DNA of 64,000 bases from Paramecium tetraurelia. Lineage: Eukaryota. The stretch is taken from positions 62,001-126,000 of the forward strand of contig CT868046.1 of assembly GCA_000165425.1 (NCBI GenBank). The letters are read 5' to 3'. A program made the position numbers and the translations under genes. The notes under the pieces are model-generated. The model had not been told where the DNA came from. It did no database searches and saw only the letters and a program-made list of their open reading frames with translations. Positions 47,012 through 60,179 of the stretch are shown one piece after another (positions within the stretch are counted from its first letter, which is position 1; every line of letters starts with the position of its first letter).

Positions 47012-49053
47012 TCAATTTAATATTATAGCTTTCACCTCCTCAATTCCATACTTAGCTCTACAGACAGGACAAGCTCTATTTCGATTTTTTTAATTGTCGT
47101 CAATGCAAGGTTTACAGAACATATGCAAGCATTTCATCAAAATAACTTATTTTACTCTTTTTTTACATTATTGGCAATCTACCATCATTTTTAAGGATGT
47201 CAATAATTCATTATCAGTATCTTTTGATTCTCTATAAAAATGAGATAATATTAATACAATTTCATTTGTAACTTCAAATACTTTAATTTACTCTTAGATT
47301 TTTCTGCTTTTTTAATAAATTTAAGATTAATCGACTCACTCAGTTTTTCTCTTTCTTATATAATCTTATTTTCCTCTAAAATTTTACCAACATCCCATTC
47401 TTTTTATAACAATTTTTATTAACTTTCCCCATCAGACTTTTACAAATTTCTAATAGATTCCTTATAAATCATTCTTTCATTATCAAACAGATTTAGTAAT
47501 TTCTTTTATTAATCATTCTGTGATTATAATTATTTAATAGTCTCGTCAGCCGTTTGTATTTTTTATTAAAATTACTATGTTTTAAGTGGTACATCATACT
47601 TGTCTTTCTGTTTCGAATTTTATGCGTTCATCCACCTTCTCTTGCATAGCTCTGCTCAGATTCTTTTAGGTTTCATTTACAAGTTTACTTAGATTCTTAT
47701 TGGTTTCATTGATCGAATTAAATGAATTTGAATTATAATCCAATTCGTCAATTAATTATTGTATTTACTGAATTTTATAATAATATTTATTTACTTTCTT
47801 GATATTGTTGCAATCATTGATCTTTGCTTCCAATTACTGTTCTAATCCCTTGACCTTTTCATCTCTCATCTTGACATACCCAACAAATTCTCTAAATCTT
47901 TAAATGAATTCATTAGACTTCGTATTTGCATACTCTTGCTCAATTTCATACAACAATTATTTGTGTTTCTCGTATCTGAGAGTCACTTGCTCGATCTTCT
48001 CATCCTTAGATAGTATCTTATGAACACTAATATATTATTTCAATTCGTTATTTTAATTCAATAATGTTTGTTTTTAATTTATTATCTCACCCAACTGATT
48101 ATGTGCTTCTTTATTACGTTCTCTGCATTATTACAATTCAATCTTTAGATCCTCAATCATTTTGGATGAATGTTCTACTTAGGATTTCAATTCTTCAATC
48201 AAAGTATTCTGTGTCTAATCATCATTCTATTTAACTTCTATTTTTATTATATCTTGCTAAGAAAACAATTCTCTTATTTTCTACTCGCATTCCAGTTGAC
48301 ACTATTAGATCTGCTGTTGACTTTTCTCTAATAAATCTTTATTGGCCAATTAGACCTAGATTTACAATGGAAATTACCTGTATCAATTATTCTTCAATGT
48401 TGAACAGAGTTGTGGTCAAGTAGTTATTCTATTATACCAATTCTGCAAATAACTGAGTCTAAAAGAATTGTTCCTCAGGCAACTTCTATTGCAACTTCAA
48501 CTCTTCGATCTAATGCAGTAATTGGGCCTTCTCCTCTGAGGATTCCTAAATCAATTTCTTTATATAATCTCTAATTATCTAGGTATGTTTTACTTCTGAT
48601 TCGATTGAGTTTATTAGTTATTTTCTTCTGGCTGTTGGATCTCTTGTTATTATTATTACAATATTTATGGATGACCATTTACAAGGAAATATTTAATAGA
48701 ATCAATCTAATTAGCACCACAAAGACATTCAAATTTCTCATCTTGGATATCCTCTTAGGCTACTTTTTTTTGGATGGCCTCCTCATTGTAAGCCATAATG
48801 ATCCGTATTCTCCTTGAAAGTTAATTACTCAGTTTTTTGTAATGTAATAATTCCTCCGATTAAATCAGCTCTATCTCTGTCTATTCTGGCAACTAGAAAC
48901 TAGATATATTGGGTTGTTGTATACAGATTTCATATTTTATATTTCCTTCTTTAATTGATCAATTTTAGCAGCCAACATAGTATTTTAAGTTTTCAAAATG
49001 TGTTCCCCCAACTCAGTAACTCTTTACGATTCATTCTTCTTCTTAGTTTTCAT
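47012..49053 (-). CDS. BRE1/HUB1-like E3 ubiquitin ligase (coiled coil + C-terminal RING)
   Basis: Long Q/E/K coiled coil, then the terminal RING CQQCKKRVKQVILMKCLHMFCKPCIDDNQKNRNRACPVCRAKYG, with BRE1 spacing and the 'R.R.CP.C...FG' pattern. Confidence 0.82.
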
Positions 49054-49296
49054 ATTTAAAATTTTTAATATTATTTATATACTTTTTCATATATTGGTTA
49101 TAATCCAAATGTTTTGGAGGAAAATTTGTGTTTCATAAATATTACAATTTGCATATCGAATCATTCGTGAATCACTCCCGCCAATCCAAAAAGCAACATC
49201 CCCATTCTCTCCTATTATAATACTCGAACGGGTCTCTTCCTATTGAAGGACCCTATTACATTTTTAATATTTAAATTAAATAAACTACTAAAATAA

Positions 49297-49557
49297 ATGA
49301 ATGCCTTTGGTATTAAAAACAATAGATTCCAATAAAAGGCTGCACATAAAAAGCTATTGTCAAAGGAAAAACTAAATAATCATGAAATTCAACAACTAAA
49401 ACAGTTTCCCTAACAAATATCAAATGAATCTGATAGATTGCAAAATAGAAAAGAATCAGTCACAGTCGTTAGTCCCGCAACTCCAATATCAAAATTTCAC
49501 GTACCCATTTTCTAACCAGCAAAATTTATTTATGATATTACACATAAAACATAATGA
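49297..49557 (+). CDS. Putative small basic protein, 86 aa
   Basis: Open ATG..TGA frame MNAFGIKNNRFQQKAAHKK...VVSPATPISKFHVPIF. No homology recognised. Confidence 0.4.
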
Positions 49558-50551
49558 ATAACGAATTTATTATATAAATTAAATTCTTATTCTAACCAAA
49601 GTATAAGCAGAAGGTCATAAATTTCAATTTCATTTCTAAAGCTTAACTTATATCATTCCAATCTGTTGTATTTATAAACTTAATTTAACCTTAATATACA
49701 ATTGCTATAGGCCAGAGAGACGAAATGAATATATCAAATAGTGAAAATAACAAAACAAGTAATTATTTATTGTGAAATAGATTCCCTCTCTTTTCAAATA
49801 AATTATTGACAACTATTCTCTACAGTAAACTTTCATATCCATTAAAAATAATTTCCATTTTTGGAAAACAAAAAGTAATTTTATAAGTAATAATGTAAAA
49901 TATATTGTTGATTAGTAAACTACAAAACATGTATTATTTAATTTAAATAATACATGATATGTAATATGTTCCTATCTTCAAATAAGTCTATTTAAGATAA
50001 TTACTAATAATAATACGATTATAATAGTTATGAATTGAATATAACTCTTAAAACAAAATAGAAGAGAACTGCAGAGATTGATGATATGATTTAAGTTAAT
50101 AACATATTATACTTAAATTTAGTTTACGTTATCTAGTTATTATTTAATAGATGAATAAAAGTATCTATTAATTTAAAATTTATAAAGTGTTGAACATTTC
50201 TAAAAATTTTTGATTGAAAATATCTTCAAATTTAAGATTTTATAAAATTGTTATTTTTATACTGATTCATAATCAAAGATATTTCTCAACTCGATTTATA
50301 TTAAATAGTCTTAAACTTTAAAAATGAATAACATATAATTCATAAATAAATTATTTCACAATGAAAATAGAAAAATACTGGATACCTGGATATATATTCC
50401 TCTTAAAATCTCAAATGATCATATTTTTTGTATGAAAATAGCTTAAAGCATCATATGTTTTAATGTAGCTGTTTTAAAATAAACATCTTCTTTTAGGATA
50501 GTTCTTTTATTTAAATAGATAAACTTCAATTGTTTTAATTAAAGAAATTTA

Positions 50552-52625
50552 ATGTTTGGCAAAACAATAAAAATTTAAGGATCTGTTTATTTAAAAGGAA
50601 AGGATAAAGATAACTTTGAGACTACACTAAGGAAATAATTTGATGCACTAACAGTCAAAAAGATCTTTGAGGATTCTGAATAATGTATGTAAGAGAAACT
50701 AGTTGGATCAAAGATGGTCATTTATCATACAGATGAATATCCTGCCTTTGTTGATGGCACAGGAAAGGAGGATTATGTTCCATCATGTAAATATTTATCG
50801 AGATGTTTGATTAGTGTTTGTTGTTGCTGAGTATCCTAGATTAATTGGTACATTGATATTAAAAGACGGAATTGATGAAGCAGCAGTACTTAAGGCAGGA
50901 AAAGTCTTATGGACTTAAATAAGTAAATTAAGAGAAATTGGGTGAATTCAAGAAGGATGCTATTAAGAAGTTGATAAATCATGAAAAGAAGTAATTACAA
51001 TAGAATATCTAGATTATTGGCAATTATAGCTATTGGTTGTGATTCTATAGATTTAAAGAAAGAATAGGAGAAGGGAATAGCTGGATATATTTTGCATAAA
51101 CAAGGGGATAAATTATGGGAGCATGGTCCAAAGGAATTGTGTCAACCAATTGAACCAGAAAACTTTGATGAAGTCTAAGAAATGAAAACATAAAACTATG
51201 AGGAATACTCAGATGATGATATTGATTTGAATATGATTGCACCTGGAGCTAAGAAACCAGCAGCAAAAAAAGAATAGAAAAAAGCAACCAAAGCCAAACC
51301 AGTTTAATAATAACAATAACAGTAATAGCAATAATAAGTTAAACAATAATTCTCAGATGATAGTGATGATGACAATAAACACAAAAAAGGCGCTTAAAAT
51401 AAGTAATAATAATAGAAACAATAACAATAATAATAATAAGTTGGAGGTGTTCCAACAAAAGTAATGGATGAATACATAAAGGAATCCCTTTTAAATGCTT
51501 GTAAGATTGGAATTAATGATAAATAATTACCTTTAGAAGGTTAAGTATTCTATGAGAAGTATATGCTTGCATTTAAGAAACTAGGAATTGAATTAGATCT
51601 AAAGAATTAATGATATTAAAAGATCGGAAAGTAAATGCTTATATATATATTTTGATAGATTTTTGTAGACTATGTAAAAGGATGGTTTGATTGAATACAA
51701 GGAAGTCAAAAAGGGAGGATAACCTTCAATAACTAAAATTGATAGATAACATGAATAAATTACTGATTGGGAGCCAACCGTATTAAAGGCAGCAAAGAAA
51801 GGTGATGAAGAGAAGGAAGAAAAGAATCAAGTTGCTTAATATAAATAGAATATCGAGGTCACTGATCTCTTTCTGCCGGTTGGTCCTTTGGTGAAATTAT
51901 TCGCTAAGGAAGGGGATGACAATTAAAAAGTTGAACCATTAACAAGAGAATAATATATTTCATTATTGAATTAATACATAAAGAAGAATTTGAAGTAGGA
52001 GAAGAAAATGATAGTGTTAACAGAAGATTTGGTTAATGAACTAGGAATAAAAGAACATTAATCTGATAGTGAAGATGAATAATAAGAAGAATAAGATAAG
52101 GAAAAAGAGAAAGAAAAAGAAAAAGAGAAGGAATAGAAAAAAAAATAACCATAAAATTAGATTACTTTAGAAAGATTATACAAGAGGATTGAGGAACTTA
52201 TGTAGAGGAGTTACAGAATTAAAAATTTGAGATTAAACTAAAGTGAAGTTAAATAAGGCGAATTCAAGGGGTTGCAATTAATAGCTGAGAAATAACATAA
52301 TCAATAAATAAATAGAGTAGTAGGTTTGGAATATTTCGGATTTGATCATTAAGGAAAGAATGAAGATATGTATAGTTTTGCATATGTGGTTAAGCAAATG
52401 CAGGAAACATTCCATTGTGGTATTAGCATCCATGATGGAGCGGGTAAAAATGCCGGAAAAGTACAATTTATATAATAATAAAAGGAAATACTTTTACAGA
52501 AAAATGTATTTGACTAATTGCCTGATTATTGTGCCAACATCCTGAAGATAGATAGTAAATATATCCATGAGTAAAATAAGTTGGGAGGAAACAAGAAAAA
52601 GTAAGAAGGAATGACCAGGTAGTGA
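50552..52625 (+). pseudogene. EIF2D: eIF2D/ligatin homologue with a frameshift (~50925) and in-frame TGA (51611-51613); pseudogene or sequence error
   Basis: MFGKTIKIQGSVYLKGKDK N-terminus, PUA-region KGIAGYILHKQGDKLWEHG, ELDLKNQ*YQKIGKFLQTMQKDGLI and a C-terminal SUI1-like segment (INRVVGLEYFGF). Confidence 0.7.
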
Positions 52626-52707
52626 AGTCATTAATTTATTTAAGTGAAGTCATCATAATATAATATAAATTTATTAATAAGCTCATCAATTATTATAAAC
52701 TTATTCC

Positions 52708-53810
52708 ATGCAATACAAAATACTATTAGTGTTATTGGCAACCGCCAGTTGCTTCAATTACCTTCCTGAAGTAGAAATAGATTTGAGCGCCCCTCCTAGA
52801 CAAAGATGGAAGGAGTCAGTCAGAACAGTATTGACGTTATATGGATATGAAAATTCCTTTGGACCAGTGTTCCAGTTTCACAACGAAAATACTTTCAATA
52901 TCTTGGCTCCTGAAGATTATACTACTATAGCAAAAGCAATAAGAAGGAATTTCCCAGAATATTCAATAGAATTAGAAGGAATCGTCGAAGAATTCAATAG
53001 ACCAGAAGTTACATTTGAGTATTTGGCTGCTTGGGCATACTTCCATGAAATCGGTCACATTACAAGCAGGTACTACTGAATGCACATGGAGTGTTATTAT
53101 CCTATGGAGATCAAATATTTCATGGGAGAAATATGGATTAATATCCAGGTTAAGCAAGAAATATCGTATTACATTTGAAAATTAAGAAAGACGGAAAGTA
53201 TATAGGAGAATCAGTTGATTGGTATTGGTTCAAAGTTGGATTTGTTACATTGTTGAAATATAATGTCGCCTCTCTTGAGGAGAATTGGAGATTTGGTGAT
53301 CCCTTGAGCAAAGATCAACTCTTGACTTTCATCCAACAAGGTGTACCTTCATTGGCATGGGCATATAGAGAAGTATTGGTGAATGATAAACTAAATACTT
53401 TCGATTCTGTTGTATCACATCTTGAATAAAACAAAGTTGCATGTGCTCTTTACAACATTATTGGAGGAACTGCAAAAGATTAAGGAGTGATTATTTCAAG
53501 AGATCCATTTGAGACTTATCCAACAATATCATTAAGTAATATACCTTAAGGTTAGAACGGATACAAGTACTTGGTTTAGACAAATTATGACCATTGGTTA
53601 CCAGATCCTTAAGATGATCAAAGAAGAACCATTGCAGAAAATTTGTTAGCAAATATGCAAAATAATCTATTCAATGAATTTGGAGTCTACTCTGTTATGG
53701 ACACTTATCCTATCCACAATGAAGGAACATTCTATACAGTGGTCATGAATGCCAAATACAATAGATTAATAGCTTTTGGATAACCAAGTATCACATTAAC
53801 TGATGAATGA
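52708..53810 (+). CDS. NAAA/acid ceramidase-like Ntn hydrolase, copy 1 (two apparent +1 frameshifts around catalytic Cys)
   Basis: Signal peptide, EIDLSAPPRQRW, E|CTG..FHGRNMD, GVIISRD and YLVQTNYDHW..DP.DD.RR. Confidence 0.85.
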
Positions 53811-53894
53811 GATAATAATATAAAAGTGATGAAGTCATCATCGATAATAATATAAAATTACTTATATTTAAATATGTTATTTATAACTAATAAT

Positions 53895-55026
53895 ATGAAG
53901 CTTGCAGTAATCCTGTTGATATTAGCGACAACATACGCTTACACAATAGTTCCAACACTAGATATAGACCTAGATGGCCCAGCAAAATAGAGATTCTAAC
54001 CAGCTGTTCAATTAGTCTTGAACACCTATGGATATGATGCTTCTTTTGGTGCTTTCTTTTCTTATCACAATGAAACTACCTTCAAACATTTAACATCTAA
54101 GGACTATGCTATATTAGCTACTTCCGTAAGAACTTATTGGCCTTAATATGCTTAAGAACTTGAAGGAATCGTGGAAGCTTTCAATAGATCTGATGTCACA
54201 TTTGAGTATATGGCTGCTTGGGCTTATTTCCATGAAATCGGTCACTCCTTATCAGTCAATATTAAAGAATGCACCGCCATATTATTATAGACTAAAGATG
54301 GTATTATTCATGGAAGAAACATGGACCAGTCTCCAGATGCCGGTAGATTACTCGTCATTCATTTCAAATTTATAAAAAATGGTCAATATATTGGTGAATC
54401 TGTTGATTAATATTGGTTCAAGACAGGTTTTGTTACCATGTTCAAATATGGAGTTGTTTCCTTGTAAGAAAACTGGAGATATGGACACTATTTGCCATTA
54501 TTTATGTTATTGAAGAAAATCTCAGCAGGAACAACATCACTAGGATGGACATTTAGACATGTAAATATTTTTAAAATATATTTAGATCCTTGATTCTGAC
54601 ATTAATAATTTCGATTAAGCAGTTACATATTTAGAAAATGTGATTGTAGCATGCTCACAATACAATATTGTTGCCGGTACCAAATTCAATTAAGGCGCTA
54701 TTATTTCTAGAGATCCAATCTCAACTTTTCCAACCTTATTCTTCAATAACACTGGATTAGGAAACGATCAATTCTAATATATGGTTTAGACTAATTATGA
54801 CCATTGGCACAAAGACCCTAAAGGTGATTAAAGAAGAACAATTGCATAAAATTTATTGGCTAATTTAACTAGCACTATGCAAAATGAATTGGGAGTTTAT
54901 AGTGTTATAAACACATATCCAATTCATAATGAAGGTACCTTTTACACAGCAATTATGAATGTTGCTACAGGCAGATTTAATTACTTTGGATAAGAAGGAA
55001 TTACTCCATTTAATGATCTAGAGTGA
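53895..55026 (+). CDS. NAAA/acid ceramidase-like Ntn hydrolase, copy 2 (intact)
   Basis: MKLAVILLILATTYA, DIDLDGPAKQRF, KE|CTAILLQTKDGIIHGRNMD and MVQTNYDHWHKDP. Intron at 54561-54585. Tandem paralogue of copy 1. Confidence 0.9.
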
Positions 55027-55059
55027 TTCTTTATTAAATCATAATAAAATCAATAATCA

Positions 55060-58000
55060 TCATTCTGGGGCTATCTATTTTTTGTTTATTTTTTTCCTGG
55101 CTTACTTCCTAAATTTCAATATATCTTTATATGCATTCATTTAAGTAGCAAAAGACACAGGTTTAACTTCCAATATTGTTGGATCTTTATTCTTATATTT
55201 CTTGATAAATTCTGCAGGATAGAGAAAATATTTAATGTAAAGAGTCATATTGCTTAAAAATTTAGGATGGTACTTAGTTGATATTTATAAATTGGCTAAA
55301 TTGTTATGAGGTTAATAGAATTTAAAATTTTTCTTGTTTTCGAAATTTTCTACTTCTTAAAAATTGTTGTTTAATTAATTATTAAGTTCTAAAACTAATA
55401 AATCTAATTTAGTTTAATCCTAAAAAGTTAAGACATTACTTTTTCTTTGTATTCTTTATTAAATTAAATTAAGATTTTATTTTTGAACTACCATGGTCTG
55501 AAACTTCGGTTGAATTCGTGGTTTTTCAACTTCTTTGGAAAACTTCAGTTGTTTTAATCTTTTTATAAAAGAAAAAGCTTGTTAAAATTTCACTTTTACC
55601 TTTTTAGCCTTATCCTCTTATTCATGATTATCAATAGTATTATTGTTATTGTTATTGTTATTGCTATCATTATTGTTATTATCATTTAATTTTTTTAATG
55701 CTGATTTCATAAAGTTCTATTTCATAGGACTAATCGCTGATTTTAAAGGATCAGATTATTAATTTGTTACTTAAAGTGCAGTTTCCTTAATAATTTCTGA
55801 ATCTTAAGATTATGCCTTTTCGTTAGAATTTTATGCATTTGTTTTAGGTGAATTAGACAAACTAGTAATTGATAATTTAGGTTATTATTAGTGTTCGATT
55901 AAATACGAAGAAGAAGATTTTCTGGGAATCATAGGAGAAATACTGGATTTTCTTGCTGACAGTTTTTTCATTTGATTCATTTCTAATAGTCTGGTAGTTC
56001 TTGTTTATCTAGGACCCTTTGATGAGGATATCAGTGATGGTCTCTATAATTCCTAAACAATCTCATCCTTTTCGTCATCAGAACTAGATGAATGTTAAGG
56101 AGATCCTTAAGCACCACTATTGAAATTTGGACTAGTTGCATTATTTTCGATATCTAAATCATATAGCTAAGTTTCTTGCCAAAAATCATCCTAGATGTAT
56201 TCAGCTGTTTCTTTGAGCAATTTGTAATCCAATAAAGCATTATTATATATGTAACGATTTTCATTTTTGTTTGCATGTTTTCGAACAGTCCATTCTCGAA
56301 CTTATTCTTTAACAAAGTTATAAGATTTAATAATTCTCTCTTTATCTGGACAAAAGTGAAGTAAGGGGCAATCTTTCGAACGATGCTCTCTCGACTAGCA
56401 AACATAACATGAAATATCTAAACTTTTTAGGGATAGCTTGGAGAAATTGTATAATAGATTATCTCTAATCTAACAAAACTTTTCCCTGTCTTCTTGGAAC
56501 TCTTTTAGGATCTTTAAGAACGCTAATCTGGGTAAAATGAGTAATTTAGTGAAGCCAACACTCTTATACACTTCTTTTTACTCTTAACCAGTAATAAATT
56601 CATATAATCCAAAGATACATCCAGGAGTCAGTTTGTGGAATGTTGTGCCAGGAGAAAATATCTGATCAGATAACTGAACTTCAACTTCACCTGATTCAAT
56701 AAATGTAGGCATAATTATTCTAATAGGAGTCAGGTTCTAAGGAGTAATCAATTATGTTTTCTGGTTGGATGGAAACAGTTCTGATCTTCTTAACTAGAGC
56801 CTTTTTGAATTCATGAGAAAAGTTTTTCTTAAAGAGAGAGCAGTTATTGAGAACAACAGAATTGGCTTCAACCATTAATTCTTCTCTTAATTATTCTGAC
56901 AATTAGTCAATAATCGCTTATTCTTCATTGGATTATTGAGTATTTTCCATTTCCCAGTAATAATTTAAGTATTCTCTAATTTAAGATTGTAATTAGAAAC
57001 TGATTTTCTTTTTAGTCATATAAGTGTTAATAATTCTTAATTTCTAGAGCTTCTATTCGCTATATTTGGAAATCTCATCAATAATGGCTCCCACAGTATT
57101 AACACTATAAGGCAACTGAATACTAAATATCATTATAAAGATAATGCAAATAGTATATTCTAGGTTGGCTGAAATTAGATGAATTATTACATTAAGGGGT
57201 TAAATCGCCATATCCAACAGTAAACATGGTAACAGTACAAAAGTAGAAGGATCTTAAATATCTTTCAGCCCAATTATTATCTTCTAAGTGATATTTGTCT
57301 ATCCAACTTGATCCTAGATATTATAGACCGTAATTGCCTACCTAAGTATATATTTGATATCATACTCCATACCAAATGCAAGTTGCAACATGTAAAATAA
57401 AGATTAAAAATATTATCAATTTTACTAACTCTAAAATTGAGGCAGTAACCTTTGTCAAATTTAATACTTCCTCACTCAATCTAATTAATTTAGTAATGTT
57501 TTGGTACTAACCAACAAATGTTAATAAACCAACCAAAATATATTGCTTTTCATTTCTATATTCATCCCAATCTAAAAACATTAACACAAATAAGTATATG
57601 ACTGATATGGCATCACAACCATATGCTTTACTTATGACGTGATTAAAGATCTTAGATCTTTCATTTACAATAAGTCCAAATTAGTAATAGGCAGTGTTCA
57701 AATTGAGTAGAATATCCAGCATCAACAGTATTGTCATGATGACTGTTAGGATGAACAATTCATTTGAGTATAAAAATTCTTGCTCAAAAGATATATCCAT
57801 AGGAATCAAAATGATGAAATATATACGAGAGAATGATAAACAACTGTCCCATAAAATCTTTTTTCTCTCTTCAGGCTAAAATATTCTGATATTTTAATCC
57901 CAATATTCAACTTTTTATTTAATTGTTTAACCTATTCTATTTATCACTTTTTCAACATTCTAACTAATTGAGGGCACCTTTGGTAGATTCATATTTTTAA

Positions 58001-58508
58001 TCATTCCCAAAGGCCTGAAATTAAATTATCTCTGACCAAATATTTTTGGATCATAATTAGAAGCAGAGTCATTTAGAATATCTAAATGATGTTTCTGTAA
58101 TCTACTAAAAAGATGCATGGAACGCATAAACCTATTAAAGAATCTTCTTATCTATAGATATCTCATCATGTCTTCCCCCACCGTTGATTATGAATTTCTC
58201 AATTTTGAAAAATTAGTTTAAAACGAGGTTTGAGTACCACCGCTTGGATTAGCCTTAGCAATCAATATTTCATTGGTGTTGCAACCTTCAAAACTTGGTG
58301 ACATTATTGGACTCATATTAAAACTAATTTGTTTATCTTTAGAATTAGGTGGAGGCATTGCATCCTCATATTGTCTTTTTAATTCGGGCACTGGAAAGCC
58401 GTGCTCTGATAAAGACTTTTGACTCAGGAAATCGACATATTCATCTTTTGGAAAATCATTTATGATGAAGTTATTAACTCCTAATTCTGTTTCTAAAGTT
58501 AGATGCAT
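55060..58508 (-). CDS. Six-TM K+ channel with cyclic-nucleotide-binding homology domain (EAG/HCN/CNG-like)
   Basis: Pore YLRSFYFCTVTMFTVGYGDLTP, S6 FAYSVNTVGAII, a C-linker, a CNBD-like region and a long low-complexity tail. Confidence 0.92.
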
Positions 58509-60179
58509 AAAGAAAATTAAATTGAAAGCAATTAATTAATATTTTATTTTACCAAATCAAATACTTAGCATTGTATTACACTTATACTGATAAACTTAAC
58601 ACATCTCAATAAGGAAATATCGAAAAAGATGATTCAATTTAATATTTTTACATTTAAATTAAAAAACTGCATTCTTTCTCCATTATCGCTTAAGTATACC
58701 ATTATTGAAACTCTTATTATTATTATCCTATCTGACTGACTTTTAACGATTTTTAATTTTAGGTCTGTTAAATTTCTGTTAATCTCATTTTGAAATTTCT
58801 CCCATAATTTCTCAAAGCTTCATTGAAATATGGCTCAAAAATGCAATTGTTTGGATTTAAAATCTTGAATCCAATAAATTATTTCTCCTTTTAATTCAAA
58901 TCCTTTTTTGGATAACTATCAAAAAAACAATTTTAATTTTATAAGAAGTATTTATCATATTTGATCATTTTTTAAATATGAAATATTATTTTAGAAATCG
59001 CTAATATTTCTTGATTAATCTATATTATGTTATATTAAGTAAAATAAAGATTATACACACATAATGTTTTCGAAATATATTAGGAATAATAATTTTCAAT
59101 TTTATTCAATTTATATCAGACTGAAACTTTATATAGTATGAATTTCGAAATACATTGGAATCCAAAAATAATAAATGCATCTTAAATAATTGAGTATTTT
59201 TCGTTTTTGTTTTACTGAATATTTTTGCTAGAATTATTAAAGTCTTAGATATCTAAGACCGATGCAATACCTATTTAGATAAAAATGAAAACATTTTGAT
59301 AACCTAGGAGATAGTAATTTAAATTTATAATTAGATCCTTTTATGATACTTTCGTTTACAAATCCAAAAATTCTTAAGTAATTTGTTAGCAATAAAAATA
59401 AATTCAAGATCAGATAGTATACAATCAACGGTGTAAAATGATATGAAAAATTAAATATATTCTTATCGAAAAATTCTAATTATTAATGGTCATATGTAAA
59501 AATTCAAATGTATTAGATTTTTTATGGATTATATGAAACTTCGTGTTACTATTAAGTATATCAACAATTTAAAGGAAGATTTAAATCAGAGTAATAATAA
59601 ATAATTAGATTGAATGATCATTTTTATAATATAAAAAACTGATTTGCATTGGAATATCAATATTTTTTTGGTAAAGACTTTTTAACATTTCACTATAAAT
59701 AATTCTTCTAAATCAATTCATAATAGCCTTATGTCTTATTACCTAAGCTAGATGAAGCTGATAATAGGAGTATTCGAAAATAAAATTTTTATATTTAGCT
59801 CTGAAATGAAAAGTTAAAATAATTGTACAATGTTATTATATTGGATTGTATTAGAATAAAAAATTGAATTCAATAAGTGTTGAAATTATAATCTATTTAA
59901 TGAGAATATTATTTATACTAAAGATTTTTAACAGAAATTATAAATCTATGGCATACATATATATATTTTTTTTGAGTATGTTTCGAGTAATAATATTCTT
60001 ATTTTAATAATGAGATTATTATATTTTATTAGTTGTTATCAAATAATTTAAAAATAAAAATGAAAATAATTTAGCTCATTATTTGTTTGTTCTGCACTTC
60101 TCTAGGACTCTTACAATCCTATAATTATAAATAATATTGGGATATTTGTTGAAATTATAATAAAAATATTAAATCTCTT

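Noticed and set aside
30273..49053. Chromatin-gene cluster (INO80, RING-PHD, BRE1-like)
   Set aside because: The genes are interspersed with unrelated ones, and the sequence gives no evidence for co-regulation.
51300..51440. (TAA/CAA)n microsatellite-like runs
   Set aside because: These are poly-Gln coding tracts within eIF2D under the ciliate code. The run at ~55630-55685 is likewise Asn-rich channel tail.
58510..60170. 1.6-kb very AT-rich gap as a possible retained IES or transposon remnant
   Set aside because: I found no terminal inverted repeats, no convincing TAYAG-type ends and no credible ORF. Treated as intergenic.
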